Shown here in pieces: positions 1 through 10,030 of a stretch of 44,775 bases of DNA; positions within the stretch are counted from its first letter, which is position 1; each line of letters begins with the position of its first letter. A program made the translations under genes and the position numbers. This stretch comes from Dimorphilus gyrociliatus. Lineage: Eukaryota > Animalia > Annelida. The DNA lies in the NCBI GenBank assembly GCA_904063045.1, contig CAJFCJ010000091.1:96883-141657 (forward strand), read 5' to 3'. A model generated the notes under the pieces. That model saw only the letters and a list, made by a program, of their open reading frames with translations. It did no database searches and was not told the origin of the DNA.

Positions 1-149
1 TGGCCTTTTTGATTCTTCAAACGGAATTGGAAGTCATTTCTTCCTTCTACTGAGAAGATATTGGAGGTGTGTTATTTCCTTCTCCACAAGGTGAAAGATT
101 GTTTGTTGCTTCTTCCTGTTTCCAACTTATTAGATTCATTGGCTAGTCT

Positions 150-3100
150 TAATTGCTACATGTACCAACTTGCATGTATTATCATCCATTTGTATTTCAT
201 ATATCACTTTTGATGATTGACTTTTGTTATTCGGTATGGGCCTAACCATTTTAAAGAAGGGATTTTTGTTATTGCGAATTCTTGCAGCATCATTTCTTAA
301 GAATACTTCATCATCAACCTCAAAATATTTTGGAAGATTGAGATTTCTATTCTTTCTTTCCTATATTGTTCTTTTGCCATGATGGTTTACAGAAGGCTGT
401 AGCTCTTAACTGTACTAATTGCTGCTGGTGATTGAATACAAATAGTACATTTGTTTCAGGAGAGGTAGTATGCATTGTTACATCAATCAGTGTTCTTGTG
501 CTGGTGCCAAAAAGAAGTTCCTGGGGTGGTAGTCTTGTACTTCCTACAGGTGATTGATTCAAAAATGCTTGAATCAAGGGTAGGTTTGCAACCCAGTTAT
601 GCTGATTTTCTTCCACCACTAATTTATTGATTTCCTTCCTCACTTCTCTATTTCTTCTTTCAACTAGTCCATTGCTCTGGCTTCTATAAGCTGTTGTTTG
701 GATTTTCTCAATACCTAATACCTTCATAAACTCTTTAAAAGCTTTACCAACAAAGTTTCTTCCTTGATCTGTCAACATTTGTTTTGGAATTCCAAAAATG
801 GGAAAAATCTGTTGAAAAGAAGGTTTGCAATTTCTTTACTGGTTTGCTGTTTGAGTGCATATAAAACTGTGTATCTACTGAAATGATCCACTATCACAAG
901 TATGAATCTGTATGACTTAACCATGGGTAAGGGTCCATTATATCCATGGCTACCAACTCCATTGGTGATGCAGGGTGAAAGGTTTCTACCAAGGGTATAC
1001 TCTACTCCTACCATTCATTTGTTCACACCAAGTGCAATCCTTTATTGAATTCTCATCATAATCTTTATTTTGGGTGCCAAAAGGTCTTTGTAATTATTTG
1101 TAATGTCATTCTGGGTCCATGGTGATTGTGAATTTTATTTTTATGGAATTTAGGGAGCAGAGTTAGCATCAAATGGTCAGGTAAAACCAGAATGTTTCTT
1201 TCTTCAAGGATAATCCAGATCATTTCCTTGTGAACAAACATCTCCATTATGAAAGGTGTAAAAGTTCCAAAATAAGGAATAGGTAGCTGACCATCCAATG
1301 TTAAATATTCTTTAATTGATTTTAAATTCACATCTTTTTCTTGCTCTGACTGTAAGTCAACAGAAGACAAATCAATTTTCTCTTCACTGTTATCACTGGT
1401 AGCTACAAAAGTTAACTCTGGTGTATGTTCATACTGTTCCATTTTAACTGAAATAGAGGGAGAATTCTCCTTTTTGATCTTTCCATGAATTAGCTCTTCA
1501 AATGTTACTTTCCTTGGGGGTGTATATTCTTCTAATCTTGTTAATGCATCTGCTCTATTTTTTCGTCCTGTCACATAGTTAATTGTAAATTTTAAATCCA
1601 TTAAAGCCATGACCCATTTTGCTGTGCTGACATTCAATTTGTTTTGCTTAAATGTTTGTACTAGACTCTGATGGTCAGTATATAAAAAGAATGGCTTGTC
1701 TTGAAGGTAATGTAAAAATTTCTTTACAACCCAGTAAACCCCAAATGCTTCCTTTTGATAGGCTGCATATTTCATTTGATTATTGTTGAATTGTTTTGAA
1801 GCGTAGGCAATGGGTTTCATTGTTTTCTTCCCATTCTCATCTACATAAACTTGTTCAAGAACTCCTCCTACAGCTACATTCGATGCATCTGTTGTTAAGT
1901 GAAAATCTTTAGCAAAATCAGGTAGTTGTAATACAGGAGGGTTAACTACTGCATCTCTCAACTTGAAAAATGATTGCTTGGCTTCCTCAGTCCATTGCAA
2001 TTTATCCTTTTTCCCATGTAGTTTCATTAACATATACAGAGGTTTAGCTACTCTTGCAAAATCTTGTATAAATTTTCTGTAATAGCCACAAAATGCAACA
2101 AAGCTTAGTAGTGAATTTGCAAACACTGGTGGCTGTAAATTATATAATTTATCTGTCTTGGACTTATCTGTTTCAATCCCCTTTTCTGATACAATGTGTC
2201 CCAAGAATTGAACTTGTTCTTTCCAAAAACACACATTTACTTAGTTTAATCTTAAAATTGTACTTTTGAATCTGTTGAAGAATGGTCTCCAATGCTTCCC
2301 AATGTTGGTCCAGCGACTTGGTAAATATTATTATGTCATCAAGGTAGTTTAGGCACAAATGCTTTACATCCTTTAGCACAAATGAATTCATTACATAACT
2401 AAAATGAGGAGGGGCATTGGTTAATCCAAAAGGCATCTTAATAAATTCAAACAAGCCAAAAGGTGTAATAAATGCTGTTTTAGACCTATCTTCTTTCTTG
2501 ATGTTAATGTGGTGGTATGCACTTGTCAAATCCATTGTAGAAAAGAATTTATTTCCTCCTCCCAAATGGTCAAAAGATCATCTTGATTTGGCAGTGGATA
2601 CTTGTTTTTAACTGTCATTTTGTTTAGTTTTCTATAATCTACACACATTCGTAGACTACCTTCCTTCTTTCTTACGAAAACAATTGGTGAAGCCCAATTG
2701 CTCTTGCTTGGTTGAATAACTTTGCTTTTTACCAATTCAGCTATCTGTTGCTTACATTCTTCTTGTTTTTGAGGAGGCATTCTATATGGCCTTTGTCTAT
2801 ATGGTGTTGAACCTGGTTCAAGAGTTATTTCCAAGGGTGGTACCTCTGGATTGCCAATATCAAATCTGTCTTCTGCAATAGTTTCTTTATATTTTGCCAG
2901 AATTTGGGTAACTTTGTTCTTCATCTCGGGATTTTCTTGTTCAATTGTTGTCTGAAGGGTATGTATTTGACTCTCATTCTTTTTCATAATAAGAGGAACT
3001 GGGTAAAACCCTTTGAAAGATAAGTGTTGTGTTCCAACAGGGTAATTCTTTTCTGTACCTGGCTGGAGTATAATCTGTCTCTTGCCAAAGTCAAGGGTAG

Positions 3101-4571
3101 CTCCATTTTGTTGTAGAAAGTCACACCCAATAATACATTGTTGTGTAATGATTTTGTTGATCAGAAAGCGTTGTTTAATAATCTTTTCATTAAAATAAAG
3201 TCTGAGAATGATTTCTCCACATATCTCGATGCTATTTCCTGAAGCATCTCTAGCATTTTTCACAGTTTGTTCTGGGAAGGATGCTTTTCCTTGAACTTGT
3301 CTTAATACCTTTTTTGAAATGAAAGATCTGTCACTACCAGAGTCTATCAAGGCATCAAACTTAAAACCAGTATTAGTTTCAAATTGTCCAATAAATGTTG
3401 AAGCATTTCGCTCAGATTGTTTGCTTTGTAACAGCTGACAAGTGGATTCGTCACTATCTGAAAAACAGAGAATATCTTGAACTTCGTCGTTTTCTGACAT
3501 GCTTTCATTGTCTAATGTTTCTAATTTTTGTAGCTTAGGTTCCTCTTTCAGTATCGTCTTTGCTGGTTGATTTTTCTTATAATACCTATTTGTTGTAGTT
3601 GGTGCATACTTTTGGACTTTTTGGCTTGAAAACTTTTCTTTAGTAGCATTTTTGTTGTCAGGTACATGCTTTCTATTCCAGAAATTTGGGGTTTCTGTAG
3701 AAGCATCTTTTCTGATTACCTGGGTCTTTTTGGTCTCTTTTCTTTGTTGAGTTTCCAATTTTGACACCATTGTGATCGGTTTTCTTTGAGTTAGTTTTAA
3801 TGAAGTTTCTGCTTGCTTAGCAGCCTCATATAGTTCTGCCAATGTTTGACATTTAGGATGTAAGGTGTACACTAAATGTAGAATATCCTGTTGTAATCCT
3901 CTTTGTAAAACTTCCATCAGTTTTATTTCTTTCATAGTTGCAAGCAATTGTGGTTCCATTGGTCTAGGTGGAGAAAACCTCTTTATCAATTTCTTTGCTC
4001 TATTAACAAACTGAACCACACTTTCGCCATTCATTTGCTTTAAGTTAAGCAATTTCTCTTGATACTCCAAAGGATCCAGATCAAATTCGTCATGGAGGGC
4101 TTTCCATATTTCCTCCACAGTAGGCTCTCCATCCAGAGCCAACACCAAATCCTTTGCAGGACCAGTTAAATAATCTAAAAGATTTGCTTTCACAACATCT
4201 TCTCCTATCCAACCATAAGCATAACATGCCTGATTAAAGTCTTCTTTGAATTTTGAACACTCCTTGCTTCCATCATACAACTTGAGAATAGTTCTTTGAG
4301 GGCGGTCCCAAGCAGCCCTTAATGCTTGAATTACTGTTGTGATATCAACATTTGGGTTCTGTGCTGGGTGATGTGTTCCATCTCCATGATCTGTTGGAAT
4401 TGTGATTCGATTTCTTTTCATTTCACTCACCAATCTGTCATAGTCTTCAATTAGTCTTTGTTGCCTTTCTGACATTCCTGCTGGCTGAATTGTAATTGTT
4501 GGAGTTGCTGGGGTTGAAGGGTTAGAGTCTGTAACTGCCCCAGTGGCGTTTCCATTTCCTCCTTCTGCCAT
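150..4571 (-). pseudogene. gag-pol: gag-pol polyprotein of element 1, broken by several 1-nt frameshifts (ORF pieces 2526-4571, 2173-2565, 1065-2234, 772-1014, 347-778, GPY module about 150-346)
   Basis: ATG (MAEGG) at 4571. Motifs [64 protein letters not shown]. Consecutive ORFs join after single-base corrections, mostly in homopolymers. Confidence 0.92.
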
Positions 4572-4609
4572 ATTTACTTTCTCAAAACTTTTGAATAAAC
4601 CAAAAGAAT

Positions 4610-4627
4610 ATCCTGTCGACTGCGCCA
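4610..4627 (-). promoter_or_regulatory. Primer-binding site complementary to the 3' end of tRNA-Ser
   Basis: Minus strand reads TGGCGCAGTCGACAGGAT, 4 nt after the LTR end. TGGCGCAGTC-type PBSs are the tRNA-Ser PBS known from insect gypsy-group elements such as 17.6 and 297. Confidence 0.88.
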
Positions 4628-4631
4628 AATT

Positions 4632-5266
4632 TGTACTGCTCTTGCTGGCAAAATCTATGCGTTTGCAAGTTATAACAATACTGGTTCTACTCGAACCTTT
4701 AAACAAATGTTTAAATTAAAATGGTTTATTCGCAATAATAATACTTAAGCAAGTAACAATATGAGAGTTCAATAGCAGAGTAGATAGTTTGTAATAGCAG
4801 GTTGCCAAATTACCAAACTGTCTTCCAATGTTGAGGAGTAGATGGATGGTTCCAGTGGAGGTTGTTTCCAGATGATTTTCCCAGGTCCTTGGGTCCAGAT
4901 GGAAGCTGCATGCCAAATGAGAATAATGAGGATTTATATACTTTGAGGTTTGTCTCTGACATCCAATCATCACTTTACAGTTGCCGAAATGTGTAGTTCA
5001 TATTTATCTTTAGTAACAGGATGTTACAAGGTTCAACATTTAGGAAGGTTAATTGAATTATAACTTGGCCACACCCTAGGCAAGTTAATTAAATTATAAC
5101 TTGGCCAAACCTTTATTGGTAATTAAAGATGAACCTTCAAGCTGACTAATCAGACTTATGTTTGGCCAATGTTATAGCATTTTCTTGCGTAGGTTTTAAG
5201 ATGTACATGTATATGTTGCATAAAATAATAGAGTTCAAGCATGTAAAATATAACCAAAGTTGTACA
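4632..5266 (-). repeat. 5' LTR of element 1 (635 bp)
   Basis: Minus-strand ends TGTACA... and ...CAGTACA. TATA-like GTATATAAAT near 4932-4941, AATAAA near 4725-4730, 36-nt tandem duplication at 5049-5110. Abuts the PBS on one side and element 2 integrase on the other. Confidence 0.85.
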
Positions 5267-6020
5267 ACATGTCAAGATTCACCAATCTATTCCCTCTAAA
5301 AACACAAAGAGCTGAAGAAATTTCCAAACATTTATTTTTCAACTATTTTCCAATATTTGGTATTCCTGAAGAAGTTCTTACAGATCAAGGAAGGAATTTT
5401 CTTGGGGAAATCTTTACAAAAATGGTATCATCAATGGGAATAAGAAAAATTAAAACAACAGCATTCCATAGCCAAAGTAATGGAATGGTAGAAAGAAAGA
5501 ATTTGGAAATTTGCAAAGCACTACATAAACATGTAGTTATGGAAATATTGACAGATTGGACAAGACAATTACCAATAATTCAAACATGTTTAAACCGAAT
5601 TCCAGTTGGAAGCACTGGTAAAACCCCACATGAAATATTATTTGGATTAAAAAATAGAAACATTTTAGATTTATTAATGGAAATCCCAAGATTAGAACCA
5701 ACAACAAAATTCCTACTTGATAGAAAGCATGAAATGGAAGAAATCAGAGCTACTGCACTTTGCAAATCTGCTTTGAAAAAGAAGGAATACAGAGATAGAG
5801 TTAATAAAACTATCACAAGAAAACCACCAACTTACAAAATTGGTGATTGGGTACACATAAAAAATGAACACATTGGACAAGGAATGAACAGAATCAATAC
5901 AAGCAAATGGAGTGGACCATATCTTGTAACTTCTACTGATACTACAAAATGCTTGTATGAATTGGAAATATTGGCAGATAAAAGAAAGTTCTATCATGCT
6001 AGCAGACTTAGACTAGCAAA
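5267..6020 (+). CDS. pol: Integrase catalytic core and C-terminal GPY module of element 2
   Basis: TDQGRNF, SNGMVER, YKIGDWVHIK, KWSGPYLV; highly similar to element 3 integrase. Confidence 0.93.
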
Positions 6021-6099
6021 TAGACAACCAATACGAATTAACACAGTTTGTTTAGAAAAGACAAAAAGAAATGGTGGAACATTACCTATCAGAGGATCA

Positions 6100-8554
6100 A
6101 TAGCTTTCACTTTACTAGCTTTATGTTGCTTAAGTTTGGCATATGGTGACACATCATTCACCAAAGCAAACATCACTGTAAGAATGCTGCCACCAGTACA
6201 ATTTTGTCAGGGACAACAAGTACACCAGTCTTATGATTTGGCTGATGAACCAGTATGTACCTTTGAAACTAAAGAAATGACCAAAATAATGGCAAATATT
6301 TATGAAATAAAAGCTGAAAAACTGGCAATTCAAGCAGTTAAGTGTATGGTGAAAAGAAGAATCAACTTTTATACATATTATTTCTTTGGAGCTAAGAAGC
6401 ACAGAATTGAAAAACAAACACTTACCTTGACTGAAAAGCAATGTAGAAAAATGCTTAATTCTAAGAAAACTCTAAATGGACAAAAACTTATTCAGATAGG
6501 AAAACTTCTAGTGTTTGATGAAAACAAAGGAACATATTTCAAATGGCCAAGAACAACAGTTATTGAAGAATTCACAACAATATTACAAATTGGTAAAGCT
6601 TATTGGCAACCTAGCCAAGACAAAATAACTACAAATCTGGAATATATGGAAGACTGTTCTATAAAGGATAGATTCTGTAGAACACTGGATTCAATTATCA
6701 TATTTAATCCAACAAAAGGGCAACACCTCCCTGGCCATACCTACACTTGGAAACTTGTGGCAAAAAACATAGAATGTGTTAAACTAGGAGGATACTTTTC
6801 ATGTCCAAATTATGCAATAATGGACCTACCATATCAAGACAGATACATAAAAGGATTTGGTGGACCAGGAACAAGAGTATTAGTTCCACATAAAACATTT
6901 GATTTATTAAGAACTGATCTTAAAGATTCAAACTATGTAAATAAGATAATGTTAGCAAAAAGGAAATATCAAGTTATTTCAAATATTGAAGCTAAAAGAC
7001 TGGAAAAGTTTGAAGGAAAAAAGAAATCATTTTTGAGAAATGCTAATGAAACAGATAAACAAAATATTGTAACTTATAATGATTGGTATAGAGAAGTTGA
7101 TAGAAATTATCACATGTTGCTAAAAACCCAATTAACACCATTAGTAAAAACACTTATTTTGGAAGACATTATTTCACCTAATATTTGGGATATAGATAAC
7201 AATTACATTCTGACAATGCTGGAAAATTCCAAATTGAAACCCACTCCAAGAATCAGACTACAAGATTTCAGATTGAAACACAAAGAAATCACTTTCAACC
7301 CATTACAAAAATTAAATATTTGGTATGAAAGTCCAACAGGGAACCAATTTCAAACAATGAAAGCAAATGGAAAATTTACACTATTACAACAAAGCCCAAA
7401 CATTGCTAATTGGAGAATGGAGGAAAGCATGATGAAAAACAAACCAGAATTTCACACATTGGACATTGAAAATGCAGTTAGAACATCTGCCTTACTCTGT
7501 AATATTGATAAGAACTCCCAAAATTTACAAACTGTATTTAAACAAGTTTCTCAACTTTTATGCAAAGAGTTTATTATGAGAAATAAGATGGTGGCATTGC
7601 TTACACCTTTGGCACCTCAACTTCCAACAATATTGGATCCAACACAAGGAACTCACAGCACCTGGCTGGGCAATCTAACAACACTTCAACACATACACAG
7701 AACTCAAATCAGTTCAAGTAATTTGTGATGTTGGAATCATAACAAAAAATGGATTATGTTCAAAACAGTTCCTCATCAAGTATAAAGATCTTCTATTTTC
7801 AATTGATCCAATACTACACCATGCCTACCACATAACAAAAGAAGATATTTGATATGGGGAATGTGACTAAACACAATATCTTTTTAAAATAAAAAAGAAC
7901 CCTCTGGATGCTGAAAGAAATCAGAAAGGAGCATCTTCTGGAAGGAAAACTTTTATCTATTATACAAAGAATGGTTGTAAATTCCAAACAGCTGCTGCAA
8001 GGTCAATAAGAATGAAAATCAGCAATGAAATTGAAGAACCAAAACTGGAAGTTGCAAGGCTCACTCAGCTACTACAATTGGGTATAAAAGATGATGTTGG
8101 CAAAAAACACCAAGAGTTCCAACAAGTTCTTGACTATATACAAGATACTTTAACAAGGCATAACAAGCATATCAACTTTGCTAACGAATTAGGAATTGAC
8201 TCAAGTATGTCAACACATCAACATTTATTTTCATCATGGCTAAAAACTACAACTAAAATGTTGATTAACATTGCATTTCCAACAATAATTATTATTGGAA
8301 CCTCATTTATATTATGGCTAGCATATAAAAGAAGATGTAACAAACTTACTAGGAAAACACTTTGGAAATACTTAGAAAGAAGGAAAGCTCAACCCACAGC
8401 TCCAGATACACAAGAGGAACTACAGATCCCAACATACTCAACTATGGAAATCAATCAAGAAGCAATACCTCTTCAAAACTATCCAACATTTTCAAAGGAA
8501 GGTAATAGAGTCATTGTAACAAGTCCCAGACCTTTCATGGAAGCAAGGTCTTAA
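6100..8554 (+). pseudogene. env: Env-like type I membrane glycoprotein, probable class III fusogen, in frame with integrase; +1 frameshift near 7690, stops at 7850 and 7868
   Basis: Signal peptide IAFTLLALCCLSLAYG, Cys-rich ectodomain, TM segment MLINIAFPTIIIIGTSFILWLAY, tail with PTAP and YPTF. The frame-2 segment 7720-8011 (ICDVGIITKNGLCSKQFL...) bridges the two listed ORFs. Fold class is inferred from motif spacing. Confidence 0.82.
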
Positions 8555-8564
8555 AAGGGTGGGA
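8553..8564 (+). promoter_or_regulatory. Polypurine tract of element 2
   Basis: AAAAGGGTGGGA just after the env stop and 4 nt before the LTR start; element 3 has the equivalent AAGGAGTGGGA. Confidence 0.85.
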
Positions 8565-8568
8565 TATC

Positions 8569-9160
8569 TGTGCACTTAGATATAAGGGTACATTAGAAAG
8601 ACTTCTATTTTATAGGAATTAGACTGGTGCAACTATAGAAATACTTATATTTCATAGGAATTATAGTGGTGGAACTTTAGAAAGACTTTTATTTCATAGA
8701 GTTAGCTTTTAGTACTTTATTTCGTAAGAAATAGACTCTTTGACTGTAACAGATGGTGGCTACTTGGGGAATTAACAAAGGAACAAAGAACATGGAAAAG
8801 ATGCAGGTCAAACACCAGATGCTGATGAGACAGGCCTGTTTGCTGTGGCACATGTTTGGCATGTGGCCCTAATCTTAGGATTATATTTTATATGTGTGAT
8901 ATAACAGTCTTTCATATTTTTGTTACATGAGAATTATGAGACTGTCAGATTTCAACTTTGTAATCCTTTGACCAATTGAACCCAAGCTTTGGAAAGTGTA
9001 TAAAAGGAAATAGCATTTTCGCAGCTTGTCATTTCAGTTCTTTAACTGTTAACTGGTTGTTTAAACTTACTTGTTAAGAACTAGAAACTCATTTACTCAA
9101 TACATATTCTTTGGATGAAATACTGGTATTTTGTTGAATTATTTCTACTGAAATTACATT
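8569..9160 (+). repeat. 3' LTR of element 2, right end deleted
   Basis: Starts TGTGCAC. Roughly 42-nt U3 tandem repeats at 8596-8740, TATA near 8998, R/U5 core shared with element 3. The missing end is present in the duplicate at 41170-41314. Confidence 0.85.
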
Positions 9161-9478
9161 TTATGAGAAATTACTGTCAGAAAAAAGGATTTACAAACAT
9201 CAAAAAAAAAGTATATTGGAATCCAAAAGAAAATTTTTGATTTATGGGATGATTTCAACTTGAACAAATTAACATCAACTGATCTATTAATGCAGACATC
9301 CCATATCTACTCTCCAGCATAAATATCATTTGTCAAGCTTTATTCTTTTTTAATATAATATTTAGTCTTTTAAATACATACTTTTAGATTTATAGCTAAA
9401 TCTTTTATTCAAAAATTCAAAAAAAACACGTATAAAAATAGGGTGTGAATGTACCCTGGTGCGAATGTACCCCAACTC
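9161..9478 (+). mobile_element. Mutator-like element, 3' end with right TIR (9441-9478)
   Basis: Matches 41828-42146, which encodes the transposase C-terminus. Ends GGGTGTGAATGTACCCTGGTGCGAATGTACCCCAACTC. Confidence 0.75.
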
Positions 9479-10030
9479 TATTATAACATTTATATCTGAT
9501 ACAAAGTCTGAGACTTTTGTGAAAACTTTCCATGGAGCTATTTCAATGTATTTGATGATTTTTGAACTGCAAAATTTGGAAAAAAAGCAAAAACTTTTCC
9601 AACAATCATTATAGGGAGATATTGATGTAAAAATATTGCTGTTTCATTATACCTAAAAACACAAAAAGCTAAACAATAATGAATACCAAAATTTTCCTCA
9701 CATTAATTTAATCTTTAGGATGTTATTAGCAATAATTTTTTCATTTCTTAATGGTTAATAAAAAAGACAAACAGACATGAAAAATTACCATTTAAAAGTT
9801 GAAAACAATATCATCTAATGTGAAAAAAAGACAAACTAAAATTTTACACCTTTTAAAAATTAATCTTTTATCAGTGATAAAAAATTTCTAAAAAGCTATA
9901 TGATCTTGTTATCTTCATCTGCATTTAAATTACAAGACACCAAAAGAAGATATTTCATTATCTTTGAAGATTTTTGAAGATCTTCAAAAATAGTAAATAA
10001 TACATTTCTCATTTTAATATTATTACTCAA

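Larger units (their letters stand above)
1..5266 (-). mobile_element. Ty3/gypsy LTR retrotransposon, element 1 (5' LTR, PBS, gag-pol; 3' end lies left of the window)
   Basis: Domain order Gag-PR(DSGS)-RT(YLDD)-RH(TDAS)-IN(HHCC, D,D,E, GPY). LTR 4632-5266 has TGTAC...GTACA ends; tRNA-Ser PBS at 4610-4627. Confidence 0.95.
5267..9160 (+). mobile_element. Env-bearing Ty3/gypsy element 2, 3' half (integrase-env, PPT, truncated 3' LTR)
   Basis: Begins mid-integrase (MSRFTNLFPL) exactly where the element 1 LTR ends. PPT at 8553-8564, LTR from 8569. Confidence 0.92.

Noticed and set aside
4610-4627. tRNA-Ser gene
   Set aside because: Only the 3'-terminal 18 nt including CCA are present, next to an LTR; this is a PBS.
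4716-4973. 85-aa ORF upstream of gag
   Set aside because: Lies entirely within the LTR and has no domain features.
8817-8850. Hammerhead ribozyme at CTGATGAG-ACAGGCCTGT in the LTR
   Set aside because: No GAAA core follows the stem.
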